NCBI GenBank assembly: GCA_009103225.1
Contig: RHPI01001116.1
Span: 182,777-246,776 of the forward strand
Length of the DNA: 64,000 nt
Source: Chlorokybus atmophyticus
Lineage: Eukaryota > Plantae > Mesostigma and Chlorokybus algae
Direction of reading: 5' to 3'
Shown: in pieces, positions 1-16,266 of the stretch
Layout: every line of letters begins with the position of its first letter
Position numbering within the stretch: the stretch's first letter is position 1
Translations under genes and position numbers: made by a program
Notes under the pieces: model-generated
The model's input: the letters and a program-made list of their open reading frames with translations, nothing else
What the model was told of the DNA's origin: nothing
The model's database searches: none

Positions 1-217
1 AAGCGTATGTAAAAATCCAGTCTACTAACCAGATAAACACAGTCAGCTTGTTGTGTAAGATGGCTACCATGACCGCGGTTGAGCAAGCTTTGGCGGGCAA
101 TGACGGAAGCGTCGCTGCGGAGGAGGCGGCGGTAGCGGCGACGGAAGAGAAGGAGCAAGAGAAGTAGCTGAAGGAAGCTTTCGTTCTGCTGTGCACGTCG
201 CCGCAGCCTTTGTAGCC

Positions 218-3325
<3,108 letters not shown>

Positions 3326-3498
3326 GTGCGTACGCCATATCATGACTCACCTTGCTCGTATGTGTGAGTCTGAGACATAGTATTCTCGCTGCACATGTGA
3401 CAGCACAGTGCCGTCTCTGTCAGCTGGCAGTGACGAAGTGTGGTTCTCCTGCATCAACACGCATGGACGGAGATTGATCTCTGCTTCTGCCTGGACAG

Positions 3499-5402
3499 AC
3501 TCGATGGTGCGCGGCCTTCAGCGCCGCAGTATGGCGTGCGGCCGCTGTGGGAGATGTCGGAGACGCGCTTCCTTATCCAGCTGCGCAGCACGCTGGCCAA
3601 AGAGTTCACTACGGTAAAGCGCAACAAGGCCCTGTGGGAGCAGATTGCATCGCGCATGGCCGAGCGTGGATACCATCGAACTGCTGACCAGTGCCACATG
3701 AAGTGGAAAAACCTTGTTGCACGCTACAAGGTAAACACCAAAACTTCGCTGCTGCTGCTGCTGCTGCTGCTGTTGCCTGTGACAAGCGGCCTCATCCATT
3801 GTTGGATGTGGTGCGCATAACAGGAAGCAAAGAATGGCAAAGACCGCAAGGTTTGCCCATTCTATGAGGAGATGGAGATGTGCATGAACCAGAAGGCTGC
3901 GCTGACTGCTGGTCACGCCTTCAACGGCTGGGCACCAGCGGGCACCGCGCAGCAGGCGCACTACGACACCACACCGACCAAACACGACCACAACGACATG
4001 GTGCAACCCGCCGGCCCGCCACCAGGCATGTGACGCGCTGTGTGCGTGTCTTTATCATTTCTCTTATTGGCATGTTGGCGTGCATGCCTCGCTGTTTGAG
4101 GAGTCTAGGCAGTAACGGTTGGCGTGTTTCAGGCTCAGACGCTTTGCCATCAGGCGCCGGTCACGATGACACGCCAGCCGATGCAATGGATGCAGTGAAG
4201 ATGGATGAGGCTGGCATGCTTGTGGATGATGGCCAGGGTGATGGGATGGAAGGTGATGCTGCTGTGACGCCCTCAGTAAGTCTACTGCGCTTCTGCCTAA
4301 GCAACATGCATTGAGATGCCAGTAGAAATGAGTAGTAGATGCTGTTGCTAGTGATAATGCCGTGTGACACCCTCATTGGTCAGGCTGCTGTGTTGGAAAC
4401 GCCGCCGGGATTGGACGGGAAGGGCGTCTTGAACAGGTCAGAGTTCATCATCATTGCTGCATCAGCTGCATGTTGTTATCAACTGGACAAGTGCTGAAGC
4501 GCTGCTATGTAACAAGTGTCTGATGGGCATCTCGTTGTCGTGCGTTTAGGTCCCCGCAATGGACGGTTGCGGAAACGACGCAGCTCATAGCGTTGCGAGC
4601 GGAGCTGCGGAAAGACTTCAACTATGTGAAGCGGAATAAGATGCTGTGGCAGCAGATCGCCAGCCGAATGCAGGAGAAGGGCTACCATCGCACGGCCGAA
4701 CAGTGCAAGATGAAATGGAAAAACCTAGGCGCCAAATACAAGGTGATGATGGATTTCCATGCTCCATGCTGTGGGTTGTAATTTGCCTCATGAACTTATT
4801 GCAGTTGCGTCATTCACTCACTCACTTGTTCAATTACTCATTGCAGGAAGCAAAAGACAACGATCAGCGATGCCCGTTTTATGATGAACTGGATGCGTAC
4901 TTCAACGGGCGCACGATGGAGGCCGGCGAGGGCGCCTTCGCGGACACCGATGATGACTTGTCGGATGGGGGCAGTGACGCCCCCAACAGCCTGGAGGAGC
5001 TGGGAGACAAGCAGCTCCAGCACCACCATGCGCACCCACAACAGCCGCGCAAGAGGAGGAGGATGGTCCCGGACATCGCGCACGTGCCGGAGCTGTTGGC
5101 GGGGCTCATAGAGACTCAACAACGCTCTGAACAGCGCTGGCAGGTACCAGTGTGATCGTAGAAACTGGTGCTACATGACGAATATCAGTTTCTATCAGCT
5201 AGCAGTCTTCTGTTGGGGCTTGCGCATTGTTCGTTGACTCCCAGCTTATGTGTGTGTTGGTCTGCAGGAGGAGCTGGCAAGGAGAGATGCCAAAGAGCGC
5301 GAGTGGCGGGAAAAGGAAGAAGAGCGGCGTATGAAAGATGAGCAGAGAGCAGATAAGCGCGATGAGCTGATTGCGCATCTGATAAGCAAACTGGCTGGAT
5401 AA
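3499..5402 (+). CDS. GT-type trihelix (Myb/SANT-like) transcription-factor module: two trihelix repeats plus a C-terminal coiled coil
   Basis: Exon 3499-3730 reads WEMSETRFLIQLRSTLAKEFTTVKRNKALWEQIASRMAERGYHRTADQCHMKWKNLVARYK. Exon ~4550-4742 reads WTVAETTQLIALRAELRKDFNYVKRNKMLWQQIASRMQEKGYHRTAEQCKMKWKNLGAKYK. Each is followed by CPFY(E/D)E. The last exon is EELARRDAKEREWREKEEERRMKDEQRADKRDELIAHLISKLAG, stop TAA 5400-5402. Confidence 0.9.
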
Positions 5403-5943
5403 TGCTCGTAACATGTGAATGTGGGCACCCCTGTCTGCTATGAAATGGTGGCACGCGTGACCTGCTGACCAGCAACCTGCAATGGTTTGCCACAACACGC
5501 TTGGTGTTCAATGCACCGCGGCTGGTGCAGCGCGTGATGTTCTGGAGTGCTGGTGTGGTGTGGTCGTGTGTGCGGATTCTTGCGCAATTCGGTACCCTGT
5601 ACATCTGCAATACCACAAGGTAGTGCAATTGCAATGCTATGCCATGCTATGCAAGTGCTCAAGTAATTGGGCTGGTCCAAGGCCGGGGTAGATCTCGCTA
5701 TGGTATGCGACACGCAACAGCACGACATACCTTTTGTGCACGCACAGCAGCTCACCCCCATCCATGATGAACCACCGTGCTGCACTCAGCTACAACCACA
5801 GCCATTTCCACAGTCCAAATACCCACCCATTATCACCTCTAACCAAAGCGCTATTAGTCAGCAAATTGTATCTAGGGCATGCACTGAGCGTAACCTTGAT
5901 GTGTTAGATAGCAAGGAGTTTAGGCCAGTCTCTTGCAATTTTA

Positions 5944-6036
5944 CTTGTTTGCTTGTGTGCTTTGTACGCCAATTGTACGCCATTCAAATTGGGTTAACCC
6001 AATTCTAGTGGCGTACAAAGCACACAAGCGAATAAG
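5944..6036. repeat. ~93 bp inverted repeat (hairpin) with a central palindrome
   Basis: Arms cttgtttgcttgtgtgctttgtacgcca (5944-5971) and tggcgtacaaagcacacaagcgaataag (6009-6036) are 26/28 complementary; the core contains aattgggttaacccaatt. Confidence 0.8.
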
Positions 6037-7779
6037 CAAGATTGTGCGAGACTGACCTAAACCCCTTGCTTAATCCAATTATAGTGGCATTGAAACCTGA
6101 TCGAAACATGAAACTGATGCTTGACGTCTCTTGCATGGTGCGGGGAGACCGAGTGGGTGTGACGGTGCGGGCGAAAAAGGTCAAAGGGCGCAGTTATAGT
6201 AACCGGGAATCACCCACTGGCATTGCAAATGCATGGCACTTGGGGTGGAGCTTAACACGTGATGCGCCTGTGCGCGTGGAACACAGTGGCGGTGCAAGTG
6301 TGCCCGCAGGCCTACCAACGATGGACGCGGGCACAACAGTGGCATAGAGTGCGAGAGGTCGGCGATGTGCGGCTGACGAATCATTGCTAGCAGGGTGCCT
6401 GCCTCCCTTTTTTTTATGTGTCTCCTTGTAGTCACGCACGGTGCGAGCCCTTTACCACCTCACCTAATGCACTTACTTTCTTCTGAAGGGCGGAGCAGCA
6501 CCAGCTTGGGGTCACGAACTCCGTTTCATTGACGTGCCAGCATCTGCTGTCTGCCACCATGCATAGCCGCACACATCGCACAGAACCGTGGACGCACTAG
6601 TCATGCTATGCGAGCGCGTGTGCCTCAGTAGTTGGAGGGCCGTGGGCCACAAGACCATCCGAGTCATGTGGCACAAGGCCCTTCAACTACACCTGGGGTT
6701 CATGCGGCCATGTTGGCAGCGGGTGGGCTGCACCTTGCATCGAGCGTAGCCAATAATCGAGCGGGGAGCAACAGTGCTAAGCTGGGCATTGCTGATGTCC
6801 ATTACACTGCAACATAGCCCAAGGCCCTTTTCACAAGGAGGATGCGCTCGCATAAATGGCATACGAGCCGTTGTGTGTGTGCGTGCGCGCGTGTTGTATG
6901 ATAGGGAGCGATTGACCCGGTGTGACATCGTTGTACATTTATATACGGTAGCGGGTTTTGTTACATGCTTATGTTACATAGCTGCGGTTGCTATCGACGC
7001 TATGGGGTTGTATCAGGTGCATTTGCTGCTGTCCTCTACTGCTTTGCTGCGATTGCATTCACTTGATTGTTCTAGCCTAGGCCCCCTTGCCCCTGGTGCT
7101 ATTGCTAATGTGTTGGTGAGAGACGGCTTGTGTTTGTGTGTGTGGCTTGTGCTTGTGTGTGTAAGCAAGCACTGCACACAACCTGCTACCTGGCCCCTAC
7201 TTGTTACTTGGCCCCTACACGACTTCTGATTCATGCTTGTTGTGCCTAACCCACCGTGACTGTCAGCAAATTGAGCATGGCACCTCACCACTTTGTGAAC
7301 ATCCTTGTGACTTGTATGCGTTCAAGCATCGCATATGCTATATACTACTGCGTCTTCGCGCACGCGCACATGCACATGCGCTCATCGAGGTCTACTACAC
7401 CTACCACTATTGCTGCACATCAACATATATGTGAGCATGACTCGACCCCGTTGTGAGCATGTTCGCATATGTTCGTATGTTTGCATTACAATTGCATTAC
7501 CTCCGCTGCTGCCTATCACAAACGTGCACATGCATAGGGTATGAGTCATATGCATGGTCCAGGTGAAATGTTTGTTGTTGGTATGCCTTGGTTGTTGGTG
7601 GGGTGTGCTTGTGTGGCATAGTGCACTCTGCGGCCATAAGCGCACGCGCAAACAGACTGTGGCATTTGTCAGTGCATGCACTCGCGTGCGCTTGTGTGCA
7701 TGGCCCGTGCAGCATACTCCATCTAAAGCTTAACGCACACAGATGCACACGTGCACACAGTTCAGAGGGCAGCGGCGGC

Positions 7780-10700
7780 ATGCGCACCTTGTCAGGCGTG
7801 AAGCTCGCCGGCGAGGCGGGGCCGCGAGCGGCGTGCTACGGGCGACCAGCTGCCACGTGCCGCTCTGGCCTGGTTGAAGGTTGCCCGACCAGGCAGGCCA
7901 GGCGCTGGCCAGGCCACCGGCCTGGTCTTGTCCGGGCTTCACAGGGCAGGGTGGTCTGGCCACTAGGCCGGGTGGTGGCCCAGTGCATGGCCGAGGGGCG
8001 GCCGCTGACGCCCGACAGCACAGCAGCTGTCGCTGCTGCCGAGGAGGAGGCCAGGCTGGCGGCGGCGATGGCGGAGGAGGCCGACCAGGGAGGAGGAGTT
8101 AGGCGAGCTGCGGCTGCATGGCGCCTGGCCGTCTTGCGCCGCCGCAGCCTGCTGACGTGCCTAAAGCAGGCCGTAGAGCAGGCCGTCAGGCAGTCCAGCT
8201 GGCTACCAGACCACACCAAAGCTGGCCTGCTGCTCATAGACTCTGAGCATCAACCCAGCATTGCAGGCAAGGCGTTGAATACATTATGCAACCGCGCCAG
8301 CATCAATCGCATGTGCCATCGTTAATGCTTGCAAAGGAACTCAAGTGCACGACCAAACACTACGTTGATGTTGTGTTCATGCCTGTGCAGAATTGCGTGC
8401 GTGCAACGGCCATCCACCGCAGCCGTACACGCAGCTCATAGCTCATGTCATTCAAGATTGGGCTCGCAAAGGCAGGTAGTAACTTACTGCTATTTGCGCA
8501 CTGCTTGCACTCTGTGTCAGTGCGAGTCATGCTTGCCAAGATTGTGTACAAGGCGATGCTGTGCATTTGTTCATGTGTGCATGCGCGTCCTTGTCTGTGC
8601 AACTGGGAACGACACTCAGCACGCAACTGTGCGTGATCACACGTTGGCAGGTTTCCTCTTGAGCTGCAGCCTATGTGTGGTCTGGCTGAAGACAATGCTT
8701 GGCGCACTCTCGCTGATGGCAACTGGACACAAGCCGTGTGCAGCTGTGTCGCACAGCTCGAGCAGGTTTGCCATGCATTTGTTTACTGCCATGCCAAGAG
8801 ACAAAGTTGAGAGCAAGTACATGTGAGAAGTGTACCTGCTTGCCACTGTGTGGGAAGCCTGCCTGTCAATGTGGGAGTGGCTGTCATGCATGGGACTGAT
8901 ACTCACATTGGGCAGTTGCTGGCAGGCACAGCTCTGCGCATGAATGTGCAGGAGCCATACTTCTCCTTGCTCAGTGGTGAGCTGTTGCATTCATCAGTCC
9001 AGCACCTGACCTTGCACGCCAACTAGCAAGGTGTTGCTATGTGTTTTTGCGTACTGATTGCCACATCTGCAGACGGCAGCAAGAGCGTGGAGGGCAGGTG
9101 CGCAGCTTCACCCTACCGCAGGTGAGGATGAAGAGGAATGCTTTGCTGTTCAGTCAGCTTATGGTGAGCCCATCAAAGCCGGGCGCATTACTGCTGAGCC
9201 TTGCGCAATTTGCTTGCAAGGCTACTGTTTGAGTGCTGGTTTTATGCGTGACTTACTGGTAACCATATAGCGGTGTCACACTTGTATAATGAGCAGTGGT
9301 TGCCTAACGGTCCTGTCGTGTGTACAGTTTGGCCACTGGAGACCAGTTGCTGGTGAACAACAGCCTGATGCTGCACATTCAGGTGGGCATAGCGATTTCT
9401 CGTTACAGAGTGGTGGAGATGTTGTTGAGTGATTGCGCTGCTGCCTGCAGCTTCACAAGCAATCGATCGCTCATTCATGAATGGACATGTTGTTCACCCA
9501 ATGATATGTGCACGACTCTCCAGGCTGTGAAGTTGTACAAGTCTTTCCATGACATGCTGCAAGCAGAAGGCTTAACTCGTGTCTTGCCAGGCGTGCAAAG
9601 CATTGAGGAAGGCAAGTGCCTGGCATGCGTTGCCAATGCTTGTTGTGTATTGAAGCATGTGTACTAAAGCATGCATATGCATTGCTCCATCATCTGTTCA
9701 GGTGTTGCTGTATACCGCAAGTTCTATGATGAGGCCATTGAAGCCTCGTGGGGGGTGGCTGCCATTCATGTGGCGCCTGCAGAGTCCAGCAAACAGCCCT
9801 TCTGTATAGTGGACACCCTTTTGCAGGTAGACTTTGTACGGCCGCGTAACTTGGGAAGAGGGCAAGAGGGCAAGAGGTGGGAGCTTGTCTTGTGCACATA
9901 CCAAGTGTTAATAAGCAGGAGCTGGGGATGTTAGGTATACGGGCAGTGATGCGACAGCGGCACACCATGGGCACCGTTATGCACTGCTCGCCACCGCCTC
10001 GTGCAGTGCTCCTAGCATCTTTCAATCAGGTACTGGTCGAAGCGAACGAGGCTTCTGCTTGTGTGCGCATATGCACATCGTGGTCCAGTAGGTGGCATTG
10101 TCGGCAATTAGTGTCAGAATTGTGCAATTTTGCCGTGAAAGCGCTGGAGGTGCATTTCAAACGTATGCGTGCATGGTGGCAACACGGCTTTGACATTGCA
10201 GATTGTGGTTTTGTGTGTGGTTGAATTGTGTACAATGCTGCTTGAGGTTGCTGTTTTTGTCTTCTTCAGCTTCGTTCTAAAGGTAGAATATACTTGATGT
10301 GCGTGAACACCACCTGGCAGCTGGTGACAGGTTAGGCAGTGTCTGAAACGGTCTTGCGCCAGACAACAATTCATCCACTGGGCTAGTCCCATACCTCATG
10401 CATGTGCTTTTCGCTTTTGACTGCAGTCAGTTGGTCAGGCACTTTGGTCTCTTCTATCATCCCATGCGCCGCATATCAACTTGTCCACTGCATTCGCGAG
10501 CAGGTGCATCACCCGCCCAACAAGCTGACAGTTGGGGCCAAGGCATGGACAAAGCACACGCACCGCAGCTCCGACCAATGGTGGGGAGTCTCCACAGGCA
10601 CAGGTACGGACAGGGTTGTCCTGTTGAAACGGTAGATTGTGCTGCTAATGGGTTATGCCCGCCTGCTCAACTTCAAAGCTGCTTAAGTGTTGAGCTTGGC

Positions 10701-11039
10701 TCTCGTGCAGACTTGGAGAAAAATGCGCGCGCTAAGGCTGTCGTGTTAAATCTCGTTGACAATGCCGTCTGGATGAACACGCACTTGCTGCCGCATGATG
10801 TAGAGGTGTATGAAGTGCGTGTAACTGAGGGATATGGTGCAAGATGGAGTGCCGACGGCAATGAGGTATCCTGACTTTGCATATTCATTGGTGACTTCTG
10901 AGAATGGATGGATCGCGTTCAAGGCTTGCTCAATTGCCTGGACAAGTGCCGTTAATTGACGACCAATTGTTTGTCTTAGTTTCGCGGGTTTCTTGAGCCA
11001 CAAATGCCTGATGGGCATGCTATTGGTTGGCGGCATTGA
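7780..11039 (+). CDS. plant-type RNA-binding ASCH domain protein, multi-exon
   Basis: Spliced exons give LRMNVQEPYFSLLS|DGSKSVEGRCA...SFHDMLQAEGLTRVLPGVQSIEEG|VAVYRKFYDE, then PPPRAVLLASF, LTVGAKAWTKHTHRSSDQWWG, WMNTHLLPHDVEVYEVRVTEGYGARWSADG|FRGFLEPQMPDGHAIGWRH*. KxVEGR is the ASCH motif; the C-terminus resembles land-plant ASCH proteins (from memory). The start codon is uncertain. Confidence 0.85.
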
Positions 11040-14000
11040 TGCAAGGTCAAGGTTTCAGCTATGATATGGAGCCGACACGCTAAGTTATCAGTTCAATAAG
11101 TCGTGTTGTTATTGCAATGTTGCAAGGTGTTCAATAGCTGACATGCTAGGATTTGCGGGCTTCTTGAACCGTAACAAACTAAAATTCCATTTATGCTAGC
11201 AGCCAACTATCTAGAATAACGTAGTGTCAGCAATGTTTTGACAATTTCGTCTATTGAAATGTATCATTACAAGGAGTTGAGGATTGCGCTGGAGGCAAAG
11301 GTAGTCTTTAATTGGACACAGCGGTTATAATTGATGTTTGTAAGGCCTCCGCCAACTTGACACGTTTACATACACTGTCGCTATAGTGTCATTATAGTGT
11401 ACAAAGTATGCAATGCTGTGCATGTGCACATGCATTCATGCACAATCATAGTCGGCATGCAAGCAATCACAGCCATGATATCACCAACGGGCTACCTACT
11501 TCTTTGCTACAGCCTCAACCCGTTAGACATGCATGTTAGCAATGATTATCACCTGCACATTGCCGTTGGTGTTAATGCCAACATTACCACCACATGATGT
11601 CAAGGCGAGCAGCGAACTCCCCTTGCCGCCTATCTCCACCCCTCTACCACCGCCATCTCTTCCGTCAACACCACCGTCGCTGCCGACTGTCCATTTGCGG
11701 TCTTTGGTCCTGCAGTCTTTAGGGTTTTATTAGTCCATACCACATGCATGCATGCTGACGTCATGCACTCCCTGCACGGCTGCGGCCATGTGTATGAGTA
11801 TATTGAGGAGGTGCTGCTAACCGCTATGAAGATCATAAACGTTGTTGCAGCATTTAAATGTGGAAGTGTTACTTGCGCAATGGCATCGATGTCATCGCAA
11901 TGTAAGACATATGACAACATACTGTTATGAGGCATTAAGAACTCCACATCCGGCAGTGAGCAATGGAGTAATGAATATAGAATATGATTGTGACTGATTT
12001 GAATATGTTATCAGCTGCTTTTGAATGTCCGTAATACACAGGTGCTGTTGCCAACACTTAGCATGTATGCGGCGTACCTGCTAAGTGGTTGAGGGCCTGA
12101 GGCAACCCATTGCATGTGCCATGTTTGTTATTGCTGCTATTTTTCTGTCGGTCGCTATCGCTGCCTTGATGTACGCTGTGCTCGTTGTGCATTTTATCAT
12201 TAAATATAATAAATTGACATATTACACTAACGTTGTGGTTTGGTCTATAAATGCCAGGATACTGTCAATACGATAAAAACCGCAAAGTGTTCAACATCTA
12301 TACATGAACATCTCAGCTTTTAATACTCTGTGCACATGCTCGTAATGCATGTGCAAAGAGTAATTCGTATACCTCGTCAACACTTTAACGAGAGGCAATC
12401 GTGGGTCTTTAATGAAGTAAGGGGGTGCACGTGTTTTGGACCGATTCGCACTTACTAACCGACTACCTCGGTGTCTTAACGGCGATAAGTTAACGCGGTT
12501 AGCTCCACTGACTTTGCGGCACTCCAACCGCCGAGCCCGGTCGCAGTCACTCATCACCTGATCAACTGGCACGTGACACATCGCGATGCCTTTGCTGCCG
12601 GCATAGCCGTGCTGCGGACCTGTCTTCGAACGTTCACTCAGCACGATCCCCTACAATGCACCCCTAAGCTTGCAGGCGGCCGTGATGATGGGCTTGGTTC
12701 AGTGCCGTTACATGGCCGCGCTACCCACGGCAATAGCCCGTTGGCACACTTGTTGAGTCCACCGTAAGTGTTAAGTTGTCGACAGTGCTAAGTTGACGCT
12801 TGGTGTGCACCATGGAAGTTTCCAATACCATGACTCATAGTCCATGAGTTATGACGCTTGTGACTTCACCAATACTCCTCTGTGCAAGGCGGGGGCGGCA
12901 GTACACGGTGGTATCACAATGCATGGGAGAATTCACACTTATGCAGCCTATCATGGGAGATGACATCCGAGTTACCGTTGTACAATGGCAGTCCGCTGAC
13001 AGTAGAAGTCCAGGAGTGAAGAAGTCAAGCACATTGTGAAACATCTCTGAAGCCAGCCTTCCTGTAGGCTCGCGCTCCAGTCTGGAGCGCGAATGGGCGA
13101 TTGCCATGCGTCATCAAGTGAATCCGCGTCTTTTCGGCCTCGAAAGCCCCCCGCCTCATGCGTTTCACATTGCATTGGCGCGGCCTCATGATGTCAGGGT
13201 CAGCCGCGCATGCCAGGTGACTCTTTATCAGAATACGCGGAGTCTGCCCGCGGCTAGGTTAAAGCGACGTTACAGAGCGAGGCGCGGCTGCGCAATGCCG
13301 TTACGGTATGCGATTCTAACCCCATTGCCATGTGCGTGTTAATTGGAGCCTCTTCAGGACCCATATCCCTTCCGTATCGGGACCAGTAATCTACATATCA
13401 AACAGCCAGCAGGCTGTTGGCAACAGCATCTGGTAAATAGCCAGAGTAGCACCAGGTTGGTCCTGGGATCAGGCTTTTGTCCGTTTGTCTGACGGGGGAG
13501 TCTAGTCAGCTTGACGCGTTGTCCTCGTCTCGTGGCACAGCCCTGAAGTTAACGGCGGTTGGCGTCAGAGACGCAATCACACAGGTTAAGCAAAACCACG
13601 CGTTACCCGTATCCAACGTACATGTGCTCACCAAAGTGCCGACAAAAAGCAGGCAAGCTGTAGCAGCAGTGGCGGCGGAGGCAGCGGGCAAGGCGGCTGT
13701 GGTGGTACAACACCACTGGTGCTTCTACGCCGCCTTTGCAGAGCATAGCACAAGGGAGGTGTAGACGGTCTGTTGAACTTGAAGCCTGCATTGGCCAACA
13801 GCTTCATTGCCGCAGCCTACTTGCGCTCAGACGCTGCTTTGCGGTGCACGCTCCAGTTGGTAAGACAAGATATGCCTGTTTAGCTTGTGGTGGAACAATG
13901 GGTATGGCTGGTTGGGTTTGCAACGGTCCTGTTGCTAGGCAGGAATGCCATGACATACATTGAGTGCCCGTGCCGCCCGCAGTTGGGCAGTGTCTTTACT

Positions 14001-14178
14001 TGACTCAACGAGCACCGCATTGCACTTGCGCATGTACTACTGGAGGTGATTTGAGCCCTATCATAAGTCACACTGTCGCATGTCGGCATGTTGACTGTGA
14101 CGGTTCTGCGCTGGCATGCTGAGGCTGTCATTTCATACAGCAGGCACGTCACAGCAAGGTTGACGTCCGGTCGGCAAT

Positions 14179-16266
14179 ATGGAGGCGTCTCTCGTGACGC
14201 TCGGGGTGGTGTTGCTGCTGAGCCTGGTTGCGAGCGTGAATGCGAGGGGGACGTACCCCACTGTGTCCTGCCCCTGCTGCAGCAGCTCGCTGCCGGCAAA
14301 CTGCCCCGTTTCCATCTCTTCTCCCCAGTCGCTGCTGCAGCGCGACTGGATCCCCTTCAGCGCCATCAAGAATCCCAACCAGCTGTATGGCTGGCACTGG
14401 ACTCAGGTAACGGATGTGTCCTGTGTCCAATCTGGGAGGTAGTTGCGATCATGTGTTTGTCTTGCTTGCAGTCTAGCTTACTTGCTGGCATGCACGACTG
14501 CATGACTTTTTAGCTTAGCTGGTTGCAGGTGTAATGTTCTGCCTCCATACTACAGTTGGCTCTACTCACTTAACTACTTATACAGAGTGAAGCTATTCTT
14601 GTCATTCGCAACCCACGGAGAACTGCTGCTGTGGTCCAGAATGCGTACCCTCAGTTTCCCTGGCAATTTGTGAGCATTCCCAAGTTTCCAATTACGGTGA
14701 GCGATCGATTCAGTCGTGCTCACTTCTTGTGGGAGATCTTGACTTATTACTGCTTTGTACACTGCTCCATGCTATACCAGTTGTGCATTGGTTGGCTGCT
14801 CGTTGCTCACTGCGCTGTTGTTGTGCAGCTGCAACCGGGGAAAAGTTTGTCAATAAAAGTGCACTACACTGCCAGCTACTTCCAGGCTGATCGTGGGACG
14901 CCCAACCCTCGTGTTGGCTTGGACTTTGGTGCGCACTTCGGCTGCTATGCATGTCATCAGCGATTGACACATGTGCAAGTTGTACGGTGTTTGTAACCAA
15001 CATGCACACTCTGTCAGGCGCCATCCGAGTGACTGTCAAGGGCGCTCCGACGAATGTCATTGGCCTGGGTGGCGTGTGGCAGCTGCAAGCTGAGAAGGCT
15101 GGTTATGACGGAAAGTTCGACTACTCAGAGCCCACAGTGTTCATGATCACTGCTGCTGCTGGGTTTAAGACAGTCATTGGTTACAAAGGCCAGCCCCTCA
15201 GTGACCTAGGTACATGGGATGAACTCAGCAGTGCACTTACATGTTGCCCAAAATGCTGCATTGAGCTACGCTTCTGCACTTGGTGCAAGTCTATGTTGCT
15301 CATACAGATTGCTTGCTTTGTGCGCAGGTGGTCCGAGCAACGGGTACAGTGGAGCTGTTTACTCCGGGGAGGAAGTGCGCAATGAGTACTGGCAGCCAGC
15401 TGACAAGTCCAAGCCTGTGACTGTCATGAAGATGGCCGAGTTCCGCCATGGCACCGATGAGCTGGTAAGTGCTGATGCTGATACTGTATTGCATCTTGTG
15501 CAGTCTGCTTTCTTTTTTCTTGGGGAGGTGGGAGGTGGGGGGTAAAATGAAGGCAGTATGCTTCTGGCATGGCTACAGCTTGTTTTGCCAGCAACCACTT
15601 TGCCTTGGGTAGTTGCATAGTGGCAAGAACCATGTGCCCTTGGTTGATTGATCCGCAAGTGAACCAAATTGTGGTCCGTCCTCGCTTTATGAACATGCAC
15701 ATTACTGCAGGCGCCTTTGAACTACTTTTACAAGTCGAACATCTACTGGTGGTACAAGCTGTGGGACACGACACGACTGACGGACAGCGCAACATTTTGC
15801 CCGCACTTGCCAGACAACAAGCCTGCAGTTGCCCAGTTCAAACCCACCGAGGCGTTCACCTGGAATGTGCGTGATGTCTCGTCATGATATGTGTCATGTC
15901 CACCATGCTGTCTTGCACGCATGCGTGCAGCGTGTCATTGACACACAACGTGTCATGCAGCTTGCGTACACCTCTGGCGATCATACGCTGAACCCGCAAG
16001 ACTTCCGCTGCACCACACCCGGCAACTGCGGCCACAACATTCGCTGCTGGCCTCTGCGCAATTACCGCGGCGCTCTTATTTCCAACGCTTATGAGTGCAT
16101 GATGGACTACTTGGTCGGCAACTATGGTAAGCGCCTGTCATCACTAGCATCAAGGCTTTGTTCATCAGCACAGAGCGGTCATAACCACATTGTGTCTTGA
16201 CTTCCGTTTTGTCGTGCAGATTTCAACGATCACATGTTTTTAGTCACCAATGTCAAGCCCGCCTAA
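14179..16266 (+). CDS. secreted protein with an Ig-like (ASH/choice-of-anchor-D-like) segment and a bacterial-type C-terminal domain, multi-exon
   Basis: Signal peptide MEASLVTLGVVLLLSLVASVNA. Phase-compatible exons read AILVIRNP...PWQFVSIPKFPITV|PGKSLSIKVHYTA, VIGLGGVWQ...EPTV...GFKTVIG, GEEVRNEYWQPADKSKPVTV, YWWYKLWD and GHNIRCWPLRNYRGALISNAYECMMDYLVGNY|DFNDHMFLVTNVKPA* (TAA 16264-16266). The family assignment is from recall only. Confidence 0.75.

Noticed and set aside
69-167. Upstream ORF MTAVEQALAGNDG..EKEQEK* before the DcpS ATG
   Set aside because: I found no phase-compatible splice into DcpS; it may be a uORF or a sequencing frameshift, and cannot be decided here.
11151-11174. Partial look-alike of the ASCH terminal exon (tttgcgggcttcttgaaccgtaa)
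   Set aside because: Only ~24 nt with a gap and an early stop; insufficient to call an alternative exon.
11400-13450. Short ORFs, including a hydrophobic one at 12085-12276, in an AT-richer intergenic stretch
   Set aside because: No recognisable domain, splice pattern or repeat boundaries.
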